From NCBI RefSeq assembly GCF_004010195.1, contig NW_025215201.1, forward strand, positions 1 to 42,130: a DNA stretch of 42,130 nucleotides, written 5' to 3'. Position numbers and translations under genes: made by a program. This document shows, piece by piece, positions 12,801-23,479 of this stretch (position 1 is its first letter; each line of letters opens with the position of its first letter). Under the pieces are notes generated by a model that did no database searches, had not been told where the DNA came from, and worked only from the letters and a program-made list of their open reading frames with translations. The stretch is from Chiloscyllium plagiosum. Its lineage: Eukaryota.

Positions 12801-15800
12801 ATGTACCTACTTCAGTGTTGGGTGTGTAATGTACCCTCCCCCAGTGTTGTGTTTGTAATGCACTCTACCTCAGAGTTGGGTGTGTAATGTACCCTACCCC
12901 AGTGCTGGGTGTGGAATATAGCCTCACCAGTGTTTGAGTGTGTAATGTAGCCACCCCTAATGTGGTGTGATGTACCATCCCCAGTGTTGGGTGTGTAATC
13001 TACCTTCCCCCAGTGTTGGGTATGTAATGTACCTACTTCAGTGTTGGGTGTGTAATGTACCCTCCCCCAGTGTTGTGTTTGTAATGCACTGTACCTCAGA
13101 GTTGGGTGTGTAATGTGCCCTACCCCAGTGCTGGGTGTGGAATGTAGCCTCCCCAGTGTTTGAGTGTGTAATGTAGCCACCACAAGTTTGGGTGTGTAAT
13201 GTAGCCACCCCCAATGTTGTGTGATGTACCATCCCCGGTGTTGGGTGTGTAATCTACCCTCCCCCAGTGTTGGGTGTGTAATCTACCCTCCCCCAGTGTT
13301 GGGTGTGGAATGTAGCCTCCCACAGTGTTGGGTGAATAATGTAGTTTCCCCCAGTGTTGGGTGTGTAATGCATGTTCCACGAGTGTTGCGTTTGTAATGT
13401 ACCCTCCCCAGTGTTGGGTGTGTAATGTACCCTCCCCAGTTTTGGGTGTGTAATGTACTTTCCCCAGTGTTGGGTGTGTAATGTAGCCTGCTCAGTGTTT
13501 GAGTGTGTAATGTACACACCCCAAGTGTTAGGTGTGTAATGTTGCCTCCCCCAGTGTTGGGTGTGTAATATACCCTCCCCCAGTGTTGAGTGGGTAATGT
13601 ACCCTACCACAGTGTTGGATCTGTAATGTATCCTCCCCAGTGTTGGGTGTTTAATGTACTCTCCCCGGTGTTGGGTGTGTAATGTACTCTCTCCCAGTGT
13701 TGGGTATTTAATGTACCCTCTCCAGTGTTGAGAGGGTAATGTACTTTCCCACAGTGTTGGGTGTGTAATGTACTCTTCCCCCAATGTTGGGTGTGTAATG
13801 TACTCACCCCCAGTGTTGGGTGTGTAATGTACTCTCCTCCAGTGTTGGTTGTGTAATATATCCTCCCCAAGTTTTGGGTGGGTAATGTACCCTCCCACAG
13901 TGTTGGGTGTGTAATGTACTCTCCCCCAGTGTTGGGTGTGTAATATACCCTCCCCCACGGTTGGGTGTGTAATGTAGCCTGCTCAGTGTTTGAGTGTGTA
14001 CTGTATCCACCCCAATGTTGGGTGTGTATTTTACCCTCCCCTAGTGTTGGGTGTTTATTGTACTCTCCCCCAGTGTTGGGTGCATAATGTGTCCTCCCAC
14101 AGTGTTGGGTGTGTAAAGTACCCTACCACAGTGTTGGATGTGTAATGTACCCTCCCCAGTGTTGGGTGTTTATTGCACTCTCCCCCAGTGTTGGGTGTGT
14201 AATGTACTCTCCCCCAGTGTTGGGTGGGTAATATGACCTCCCCCAATGTTGGGTGTGTAATGTACCCTCCCCAGTGTTGGGTGTTTATTGTACTCTCCCC
14301 CAGTGTTGGGTGTGTAATGTACTCTCCCCCAGTGTTGGGTGGGTAATATAATCTCCCCCAATTTTGGGTGTGTAATGTACTCTCCCGCATTGTTGGGTAT
14401 GTAATGTACCCTCTCCAGTGTTGAGTGTGTAATGTACTTTCCCCCAGGTATGGGTGTGTGATGTAGCCTCCCCAGTTTTGGTTGTGTAATGTACACTCCC
14501 CAAGTGTTGGGTGTGGAATGAACCTTCCCCCAGTTGTGGGTGTGGAATGTACCCTACCCCAGTGTTGGGTGCGTAATGTACCTTCTTCAGTGTTGGGTGT
14601 GTAATGTACCCTCCCCCAGTGTTGAGTTTATAATGCACTCTACCTCAGAGTTGGGTAATGTACCCTTCCCCTGGTGCTGGGTGTGGAATGTAGCCACCCC
14701 AGTGTGTGAGTGTGTCATGTAGCCACCACAAGTGTTGCATGTGTAATGTAGCCACACCCAATTTTGTGTGCTGTACCATCCCCAGTGTTGGGGTGTAATG
14801 TACTTTCCCCCAGTGTTTGGTGTGTAATGTACTCTCCCCCATTGTTGGGTATGTAATGTACCCTCTCCAGTGTTGAGTGTGCAATATGCTTTCCCCCAGT
14901 GTTGAGTGTGTGATGTAGCCTCCCCAGTTTTGGTTGTGTAATGTACACTTCCCAAGTCTTGGGTGTGGAATGAACCTTCCCCCAGTTGTGGGTGTGGAAT
15001 TTACCCTACCCCAGTATTGGGTGCGTAATGTACCTTCTTCAGTGTTGGGTGTGTAATGTACCCTCCCCCAGTGTGGAGTTTGTAATGCACTCTACCTCAG
15101 AGTTGAGTAATGTACCCTACCCCGGTGCTGGGTGTGGAATGTAGCCTCCCCAGTGTGTGAGTGTGTAATGTAGCCACTACAAGTGTTGCATGTGTAATGT
15201 AGCCACACCCAATGTTGTGTGCTGTACCATCCCCAGTGTTGGGGTGTAATGTACTTTCCCCCAGTGTTTGGTGTGTAATCTACCCTCCCCCATTGTTGGG
15301 TATGTAATGTACCCTCCCCAGTGTTGGGTGTGGAATGTAGCCTCCCCCAATGTTGGGTGTGTAATGTACTTTCCCCTAGTGTTGGGTATGTAATACACTT
15401 TTCCTGAGTGTTGCGTTTGTAATGTACCCTCCCCAGTGTTGGGTGCGTATTGTACCCTCCCCAGATTTGGGTGTGTAATGCACTTTCCCTCAGTGTTTGG
15501 TGTGCAATGTACCCTCCCCAGTGTTGGGTATGTAATGTACTCTTCCCCAGTGTTGTGTGTGTAATGTACCCTACCCCAGTGCTGGGTGTGAATGTAGCCT
15601 CCCCAGTGTTTGAGTGTGTAATGTAGCCACCACAAGTGTTGCATGTGTAATGTAGCCACCCCCAATGTTGTGTGATGTACCATCCCCACTGTTGGGTGTG
15701 TAATGTACTTTCCCCTAGTGTTGGGTATGTAATACACTTTTCCTGAGTGTTGCGTTTGTAATGTACCCTCCCCAGTGTTGGGTGTGGAATGTAGCCTCCC

Positions 15801-15949
15801 CCAATGTTGGGTGTGTAATGTACTTTCCCCTAGTGTTGGGTATGTAATACACTTTTCCTGAGTGTTGCGTTTGTAATGTACCCTCCCCAGTGTTGGGTGT
15901 GGAATGTAGCCTCCCCCAATGTTGGGTGTGTAATGTACTTTCCCCTAGT

Positions 15950-16927
15950 CACTAACTTGATCGCTTTTGCTGAAATGGTGACTATACATTGTCTACCCTA
16001 ATGTCAGTAAGGCCTTTGACAGGGTTTAGCAATGACATACTGGTTCATAAGGTTAGATCACATGGGATCAGGGGGAGCTAGCCAACTGGATACAAAGTTG
16101 GCTTGACAGTAGGAGACAGAGGGTGGTGGGAGAGGGTTGTTGTTCAGAATAGAAGCCAGTGACCAGCGGTTTGCTATAAGGATCGTGGATGTGCATCATC
16201 TCCATAAACCATTTGGTTGAGAATATAGGAATCATTGTTAGTAAGTTTGTGGGTGATCAATTTAATGGTGTACTGGCCAGTGATTATGGTTATCAAAGTG
16301 GGCCAAGGAATGAAAGATGGGGTGTAATTAAGGTGTTGGATTTTGCTAAGACAAGCCAGGGAGAACTAACACAGTTAATGGGAGGACCATGGACAGTGTT
16401 GTCGAACAGAGAGAGAGAGAGACCAAGGGGTGTAGTTACATTGTTCCTTGGAAGTGGCATCACAGGTGGACAGAGTGGTGAATGCGGCATTTGGCACACT
16501 TGCCCTCATGGATCAGAGCATTGAGGACATGAGTTGGAGATATTTGTAACATTGTCCTCAATATTTACCCTGGGCATGATAGGCTTCGGTTGATCTTCTC
16601 AATGTTTATAAAACCATGTGGGCTATAAGTAAGGTGAATAGTCAAGGGCAGGTGAGTCCAAAACAAGAGGGTATAAATGGGAGGTGAGAGAGTAAAGATT
16701 TAAAGAGGGAACGGAGGGACAACATTATCCACAGCGGATGGTGCAGAGATCGAACGGACTGCCCCGGACACATCGAGAAACAAGAACAATTTCAACGTGG
16801 AAAAGACATTTGGGCAGGTACATGGAGAGGAGAAGGTTTCAAGAGATAAGGGTCAAACGCAGTATAGGAAACCCGGGCAGCATTGATGAGTTCGACCACA
16901 GGTTCTGTTTCCGTGCTGTATGACTAT
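15950..16927 (+). mobile_element. Decayed 5'-truncated CR1 (HER1-like) LINE, RT domain to 3' tail
   Basis: Degenerate RT motifs TNLI.F.E.VT, SKAFD.V and KVRSHGIRGELANWIQSWLDSRRQRVV. Tail TTCCGTGCTGTATGACT. Many stops and frameshifts. Confidence 0.88.
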
Positions 16928-17307
16928 CCAGTTAAAGAGGATTACAGTACCGAAATAAAGCATATTGTAGACACTGAAGCACGTTACAGCGATAGGGGTG
17001 GTAATCTGCAATGCAGTACATTTCAAATATATGGAGGGACTATCAGGAATGGAGCAGGTTACAGAGACAGGAACTGTTATAGGAGTTAAACATTATTGAA
17101 GACACTTGTGCACAAGCCATGTCATAGATACAGTGTTGCAGAGTAGTGGGTCTTAGTACAACAGATCTTACAGTAGGAGCGGTGATTGAGCCTGGGGTGC
17201 GTCCATAATGTTCTACCCTGCCAGCACTGTATCTGTGTCATGTCTTGTTAGCCGATGTTTGGAGCCCTCTCACTGCTCTCTGCTCTGTGCACTGTGCATG
17301 ATCTTAC

Positions 17308-17442
17308 CTCACTGCAGGATTTATTGAAGGCTCCAGATCTCCCTTCCCTTAGTCTCTCTGGCTGACCAACCATCTTCAATGTGGTGATGGACGAGACACC
17401 CAGCAGCTGGGAAGCCTGCTGAGTCGGGAAATTCCTGAATAC
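17308..17442 (-). other. Candidate 135-nt exon of an unidentified gene or lncRNA (copy A); may encode an N-terminus MVGQPERLREGRSGAFNKSCSE from the ATG at 17373
   Basis: Acceptor TTTCTCTGTCTCCTGTAG|, donor GAG|GTAAGA, and ATG in AAGATGG context. Homologous segments occur in units B and C. No transcript evidence. Confidence 0.5.
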
Positions 17443-17714
17443 CTACAGGAGACAGAGAAATAGACAGAATGTGACATTAGACAGATGCAGTGGGTTACAA
17501 ACGGAAAATGGCACTGCGTCCCACAGGGATCTGGAAAGTCCCAGTCTCCATCCCTGGCCTGTGCTGTTGTGTCTCTCTGGAGTGGAGAATTATGTTGGCT
17601 CAGGATCTAGAGTAGCTGCAAGAGTGAGAGACGCTGACAGAGGCAGCAATTAGACCCACACAGTGAGGGATACCACATGGTGAGATACTGAGTGATATCA
17701 CTAGAGTGCAGGAA

Positions 17715-19310
17715 GTTGTCAGGATCACACAATCATGTTGGAAGAATGGGATTAGCTTCATAATGCATAGTATCAGTGCTCAGGGATGTGCAACCGGTGA
17801 GCAGATGAAGTGATGGCCAAGCGGTATTATTGTTAGGGCATTTATCCAAAATCCCAGCTGATGTTCAGGGGAGAAAGTTTTGAATCCCACCATCAGAAAT
17901 GGTGGAATTTGAAATCAATAATTTCAAAAATGGCAATTAACAATCCATAAATAAATATGACACCATTGCTAATTTACAAAAAACCCAAACACTTGTACTT
18001 TAGATAAGGACATCTACTTATCCTCACGTGGTCTGCACGACATACCCACAGCAAAGTGTTTGCCTCTCAATTACCCTCTGAAATGGCCGAGCAAGCTACT
18101 CAACTCAAAGGCAGCTAGGCTGGGCAAGAAAAGCTGGTCAGCCAGAGACACGCACATCCCATACCTAATTTAAGAAATAATCCATCAGGATGGTCCCACT
18201 GGAACCGTGCTGGGACCAGTGTCCTGGCCAATCATGTCGGTAGGTTTGTGGACAGGGCTTTAAACTGACACAGAGGATGCAGGGAGACGGTTCAAGTGAA
18301 AGGAGCTTTCCAAATCTAAAGAGAAAAGGTGACGCATCAGAACAGCATGGGGATGTAGCTGAAAACAAGCAGAAAGGAACAGGATGGGACAGATTTAAAA
18401 CTGTACATTAGTGAATCGGCTTGTGACAGGAAATTGTGCGAAAGAGTAAAGTATGTCTTTTTTTGGAATGGATGAAGTCTCATCAATAAGGTAGATGGAT
18501 TTGTGACACAGAAATAAAAGAGATTTAGGCACTAGAGAGACATGGTTACAGGGCGAACAAAAGTATTCAATGGTTCACAACTTTGTGCAAACTCAGGCAA
18601 AATGGATAACGCTGAAAATATTGGATATCAAAATGATCACAGAGAAAGGATTTGGCCCTCAGATCATGAAGTAGAATGATCTGAATGTAAATTCTGTCTA
18701 CGACTTGCTACGGACACAAGCAGCAGAACATGTTTAGCCACTGAACACCATTTCATTGCTCATCACTGCAAGAAACAGGAATATGTTTTAACAAACACGT
18801 TGTGATAATTCTGGGAAACTTCAATATTCGCATACTCTGGGACAATCACAATGACAACAGTGATATTGGAAGAGGAGTTCGTAGAATATTTTTTCAGTGT
18901 TTCTTTGAATAACACATTGTGCAACTGGCTAGGGATGTAACTATGTCAGATCGACCGTTGTGGGATGAAACTTAGTGAATGACTAAAGTCACCTGTGGAG
19001 ATCCTCCGGGAAATGTTGATAAAGTGTAGTTTAAAGAAATGTAAAATTTTAAAGTGAATCACAGAAAAGACAAGCTACAACTAGAAACAAAAATACCCAA
19101 TTACATGAGTTTAAGAGGAGAACTGACCAAGGTAAACAGGATAAACCGACTGAAGTATGTGTCTGTAAATGAACAATGGAAAACATTTGAAGGAACAGTG
19201 TAAAACACTCAACAAAAGAACATTCCATTGACACAGACAAAAACTCAGCAAGAAATCCCCACTAGTCCCTCACTCAGGACAGAATGAATCATATTAGATT
19301 ATGAGGCTTA
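17715..19310 (+). mobile_element. Old CR1 relic: ORF1 esterase C-terminus plus ORF2 endonuclease region, interrupted by a SINE
   Basis: 18181-18268 reads HQDGPHWNRAGTSVLANHVGRFVDRALN*. Degenerate NARS-like SLINKVD, ETWLQGEQ and IILGNFN motifs follow. Confidence 0.75.
17800..18178 (+). mobile_element. SacSINE1-like Deu-SINE
   Basis: Head TGGCCAAGCGGTATTAT..TTTGAATCCCACCA..ATGGTGGAATTTGAA, core CCCACAGCAA..CCCTCTGAAATGGCCGAGCAAGC, tail GCCAGAGACACGCACATCCCAT plus an A-rich end. Family recognised from memory of the consensus. Confidence 0.75.
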
Positions 19311-19577
19311 GACGATCGTCACAAAGTACTTAAAATCCTGAAGTGAGAGAGTGTTTTAGGAGTAAGTGTTAAAGGGATTGCAAAGGGTCTGCCAGCAGGA
19401 GGAGGGCAGTGGGAAGGGGAATCATTGTCAGGTTTTAATGACACGATAGGAGCAGGGAGAGGTGAAGTGTAGGTGGTGAGACTGTTACAGAGAGTGGTCA
19501 GGGCCTGAACGGTGTTACAAAGCCAGTATGGATTGCTGCCGCTGGAGGTCTTTGCAAACGTAGGGAGGGGCAGATGT

Positions 19578-19798
19578 ATTTTTATTTATTCATTCAAATG
19601 ATGTGGGTGTCACTGCCGGGACCAGCATTCTTTGTCCCACTGCTAATTATCCAGAGGGCAGCTCAGAGTCAGCCATATTGCTGTGGGTCTTGATTCAAGT
19701 GTTGGCCAGACCAGGTTAGAGTGTCAGATGTCTTTCCCTGAAGGAGGTAAGTGAACCAGATCAGTTCTTTCTACTGATCAACAATGGTTTCATAGTGG
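19578..19798 (-). mobile_element. SacSINE1-like SINE, 3' half
   Basis: Reverse-complemented tail TTTTATTTATTCATTCA..ATGTGGGTGTCACTG and core GAGTCAGCCATATTGCTGTGGGTCT..CCAGACCAGG. Homologues at 28545-28770 and 41255-41330. Confidence 0.72.
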
Positions 19799-20142
19799 TC
19801 TCACAAATGTCTTGTACAGATACACCATGATATCCCTGCTCATACTCTCACTGCTCTGCCCAATGAAGGTAACCATCCCAAACGCCTGCTTCACCAGCCT
19901 GTCTACCTGTGACACTACTTTCAAACAACTGTGTACCTGCATCCATGGGTGTCTGCTTGACAAGAATACCCAGAGCCTGAACGCTAACTGTACAAGTCCC
20001 ACCATGGCTTGTTTCACCAAAATGGAACACTTCACATCTATCTAATTAAACTCCATCTTCTATTCTTCAGCCCACTATCCCAGCAGTACTGTTCATTCTG
20101 TTGTATCATTGATAACCTTCTTCACTGACCACTTTATCATCA
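19799..20142 (-). mobile_element. CR1 ORF2 fragment (continues at 22576-23220 after a nested insertion)
   Basis: QVHSCLKVVSQVDRLVKQAFGMVTFIGQSSE..LYLYKTFVRP-like motif. The uninterrupted paralogue is at 28771-29905. Confidence 0.8.
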
Positions 20143-21078
20143 ATTCGGCCATGATGCCATGCAACCATTTATCCGACTTTAAGATCAAACCCTTCATTTT
20201 ACTATCATCCATGTGCCTATTGAGAGTCCATTAAATGTCCCTAATGTATCTAATTTTACTGCTACCGGTTGGCAGTGCATTCAAACCCCCCAACATTCTA
20301 TATGTAACAAACCTACCTCTGAAATCTCCCCTTAACCATTCGTGAATCACCTTAAAATCATACCCTCTTGTAATAGCTATTTATATCATGGCAAAAAATG
20401 CCTGTCACTATTCATTCTATCTGTGTCTGTCATCATCTGGTTCACCTCTGCCAAGTCACCCCTCACCCTTCTTCAGTCCAATGAGAAAAGCCTTAGCTCC
20501 CTCAACCTTTATACATAAGACATGCTCTCCAGCACAGGCAGCATCCTGGTAAATCTCCTCTTTACCCTCTCTAAAGCTTCCACATCCTTCCTGTCATGAA
20601 GTGACCAGAACTGAACACAATCTTCCAAGTGGGCTCTAACCAGGGCTCTATAGAGCTGCAGCATAACCTCACGGCTTTAAAATTCAATCCCCCAGCTAAT
20701 GAAATCCAACACAATATATTCCTTCTTAACAACATTATCAGCTTGGTGGCAACTTTGAGGGATCTATGAAATTGGTACCCAGATCTCTCTGTCCCTCCAC
20801 ACTGCAAAGGATCCTGCCTTTAAACTAGCATTCTGCATTCAAATTCAATCTTTCCAGATTGAACTACATCTGCCATTTCTCAGCCCAGCTCTGCATCCTG
20901 TCATTGTCCCGCTGCAACCTACAACAGCCCTGCACACTATCAACCATTTCACTATTGGCAAACCCACTCTTTCACACCCACATCCAAGTCATTTAAAAAA
21001 AATATCACAAAGAGCAGCGGTCCCGGAACCGATCCCTGCAGAACACCACTTGGCACTGAGCTCCAGGCTGAATACTTC

Positions 21079-21640
21079 CCATCTGTCATCAACCCTCTGT
21101 CTTCTGCGGTCCAATAATTCCGTATCCAGACAGGCAGTTTTCCATGTATCCCACGTCTCCGTACTTTCTGCATGAGCCATAAAGGTGTTTTGTCACATTC
21201 TTAAAGGATTCAATAAGATTTGTGAGGTATTCCCTGCCCCTTGCAAAGCCATGCTGACTATCTCTAATCAAAGTATGGTTTTACATGGAATCATAAACCC
21301 TGTCTCGGAGTCCGCTCCAATAATCTGCACACCACAGACATAAGACTGACAAGTCTGTAACCATCTGTCATCAACCCTGTCTTCTGCGGTCCAATAATTC
21401 CGTATCCAGACAGGCAGTTTTCCATGTATCCCACGTCTCCGTACTTTCTGCATGAGCCATAAAGGTGTTTTGTCACATTCTTAAAGGATTCAATAAGATT
21501 TGTGAGGTATTCCCTGCCCCTTGCAAAGCCATGCTGACTATCTCTAATCAACGTATGGTTTTACATGGAATCATAAACCCTGTCTCGGAGTCCGCTCCAA
21601 TAATCTGCACACCACAGACATAAGACTGACAAGTCTGTAA
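21079..21640. repeat. Near-perfect direct tandem duplication (282 bp + 280 bp) inside the CR1
   Basis: 21079-21360 and 21361-21640 both run CCATCTGTCATCAACC...GACAAGTCTGTAA. The visible differences are a 2-bp indel and one A/C substitution. Confidence 0.95.
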
Positions 21641-22148
21641 TTCCCAGGATTATCCCTATTCCCTTTCCTAAACAAGGGAACAACATTTGCCACCCTCCAA
21701 CCATCTGGTACAACTCCGGTGGATAGTGTGAGTGCAAAGGTAATCGCCAATGGCACAGTAATTGTTTTCCTTCACTTTGTGTAGTAACTTTGGGCATAAC
21801 CCGTATCTATTCTTATGTTTTACTAAATACTCAGCACATCCTTCTTCTTAACATCCACCTGTTCACAAATATCAGTCCTTTTCATGCTGTCCTCACAAAT
21901 GACAAGGTCCCTTTCAGTAGTGAATACTGAGGCATAGTATTCATTAAGGACCTCCCCAACCTCCTCCAACTTCAACACAAGTTCCTTTCACTATCCTTAT
22001 CGGTCCAACCCTCAATCTGGCCATGCTCTTGTTCCTTACTTAAGTGGAGTATGCCTTACGGTTCTCCTTAATCCTACTCAACAATGCTTTTTCATGCCCC
22101 CTTCTAGGTGCCCTAAGTCCATTCCTCAGTTCCTTCCTGGTACCTTCA

Positions 22149-22495
22149 GAGAATCGCTACAGTGTGGAAGCAGGCCATTTGGCCGAACACCGCCATATCA
22201 ACACTTCAAACAGTACCCTACCCAGACTCATTCCCCTACCCTTTTACTCCCCATTTGCCCTGACTAATGCGCCAAACCTACACATCCGTGAACACTATGG
22301 GTAGTTGAGCCTGTCTGAGTCACCGAACATGCACGTCCTTGGCCTGGGGCGAAACCGGAAGACCTGGGGGAAACCCACGCAGACACGGAGAGAATGTGCA
22401 ATCTCCACACAGACTGTCGCCTGAGGCTGGAATCGAAATGGAGTCCGTGGTGCTATTCGGTAGCAGTGCTAACCACTGTGCCATCGTGCTGCTCC
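22149..22495 (-). mobile_element. Diverged HE1-like V-SINE inserted in the CR1
   Basis: Plus strand shows GAAACCCACGCAGACACGGAGAGAATGTGCA..GCAGTGCTAACCACTGTGCCA and tail ACAGTGTGGAAGCAGGCC. CR1 sequence resumes on both sides. Confidence 0.88.
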
Positions 22496-22575
22496 ATGTT
22501 ACCCTCTAGAAACCTGTCTGACCCATGCATCCTCAACCTTAAATAAGCTTCCTTCTTCCTCTTGACTAGATGTTC

Positions 22576-23220
22576 TACATCCCTTCAAACCCTGTTAAAT
22601 GCTTTGCTGAAGTCCATGTGGCCAACATTGACCATCTATCTCTTGGCCACCTCCTCAAAGAGTCAATCCAGTTTGTGAAACACGGTTTTCCACTCACAAA
22701 GCCATGCTTACTATCTCTAATCAGCCCTTGTCTTTCCAAATATATGTAGCTCCTTTCTCTCAGAATCTCCTCCAACAACGTACCCATCACTGGGCTCACT
22801 GGGCAGTAATTTCCTGGTTTTTCCCTTCAACCCTTAAGTGGTGGAACAGCATTATCCCTCCTCCAGTCTTCCGGTACCTCACTGTGTCTGATAATTGATA
22901 ATATAAATATCTCTGTTCGGTACACTGCAATCTCTTCCCTAGCTTCCCACAATATTCTAGCATAGACCTAATGAGCTACTGAGAATGAATCTATCTTTAT
23001 TTGTTTTAAGATTGCAGCACTTTCTCTTCTCTGTTGATGATTCTTTCCAAGACATCATTATATTTTTCGCCAAGTTCCTGAGCTTCCACGTCTTTCTCCA
23101 CAGTAAATACTGACAAGATTGTTTTGTCCAATATATCACCCTTCTCCACTGGTTCCACACACAGGTGACCTTCTTGATATTTAAGAGGCCCTATTCTCTA
23201 CCAAGTTACTCTTTAGCCCT
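22576..23220 (-). mobile_element. CR1 ORF2 fragment (upstream part of the element at 19799-20142)
   Basis: LEEILRER..YLERQGLIRDSKHGFVSGKPCFTN motif. Aligns with 29350-29905. Confidence 0.8.
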
Positions 23221-23479
23221 TATTGAAACTTGCATAAAGGCTTCTGAAAACTCAAATACACCATATCCCCCGTACCACTGCACCCCTCCTACACTCTTAC
23301 AATGCTGCCATTTATACTCACACCAACAAATTAAATCCAACAGGCTCAAAAACATATTCTCCTTTATAAAATGTGTTTCTAAGGGTCCAATTATTTTTTA
23401 TTGACCTATCCGTTCTCACTCATTTCAGCACGCTCCTGACTTACAGTCAGGCTAACACGGTTTAGTTTCAGACTGGAAG

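Larger units (their letters stand above)
1..15949. repeat. Long minisatellite array, 28/29-bp unit (CCCC[C]AGTGTTGGGTGTGTAATGTACCCT), roughly 550 units, open at the left edge of the window
   Basis: Period of 29 is directly visible at 2851-2975, and C-run length variation gives 28-bp units. Minus-strand ORFs cycle GEGTLHTQHW-GRVHYTPNT-GGGYITHPTL (29 aa = 3 units). The array ends abruptly at ...TTTCCCCTAGT (15949). Confidence 0.97.
20143..22575 (-). mobile_element. Nested 5'-truncated CR1 LINE (ORF2 linker-RT-3' end), non-functional
   Basis: Motifs WRVANVVPLFRKGNRDNPGNYRLVSLMSVV, DSQHGFARGR..LTNLIE and SGVLQGSVPGPLLFVIF. Frameshifted, with an internal duplication and a SINE insertion. Absent from unit B. 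Confidence 0.88.

Noticed and set aside
57..15737. Numerous long His/Thr/Gly-rich ORFs as real CDS
   Set aside because: They overlap in all three minus frames and follow from a stop-free unit. The 28/29-bp length variation shifts frame constantly, and many starts are non-ATG.
1..15949. CRISPR-like array of ~29-bp partly palindromic repeats
   Set aside because: Units are directly adjacent with no unique spacers, there are no cas genes, and the context is vertebrate SINE/LINE DNA.
1..15949. Telomeric repeat (GGGTGTG resembles yeast TG1-3)
   Set aside because: There are no TTAGGG arrays, and the motif is a small part of a 29-bp unit in a vertebrate context.
17250..17700. V(D)J recombination signals (CACTGTG ~17290, CACAGTG ~17659, and CACAGTG within the array) suggesting a shark Ig/TCR cluster
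   Set aside because: There is no ACAAAAACC-like nonamer at 12 or 23 bp, the heptamers are not kept in all paralogues, and no V, J (WGxG/FGxG) or C coding sequence was found.
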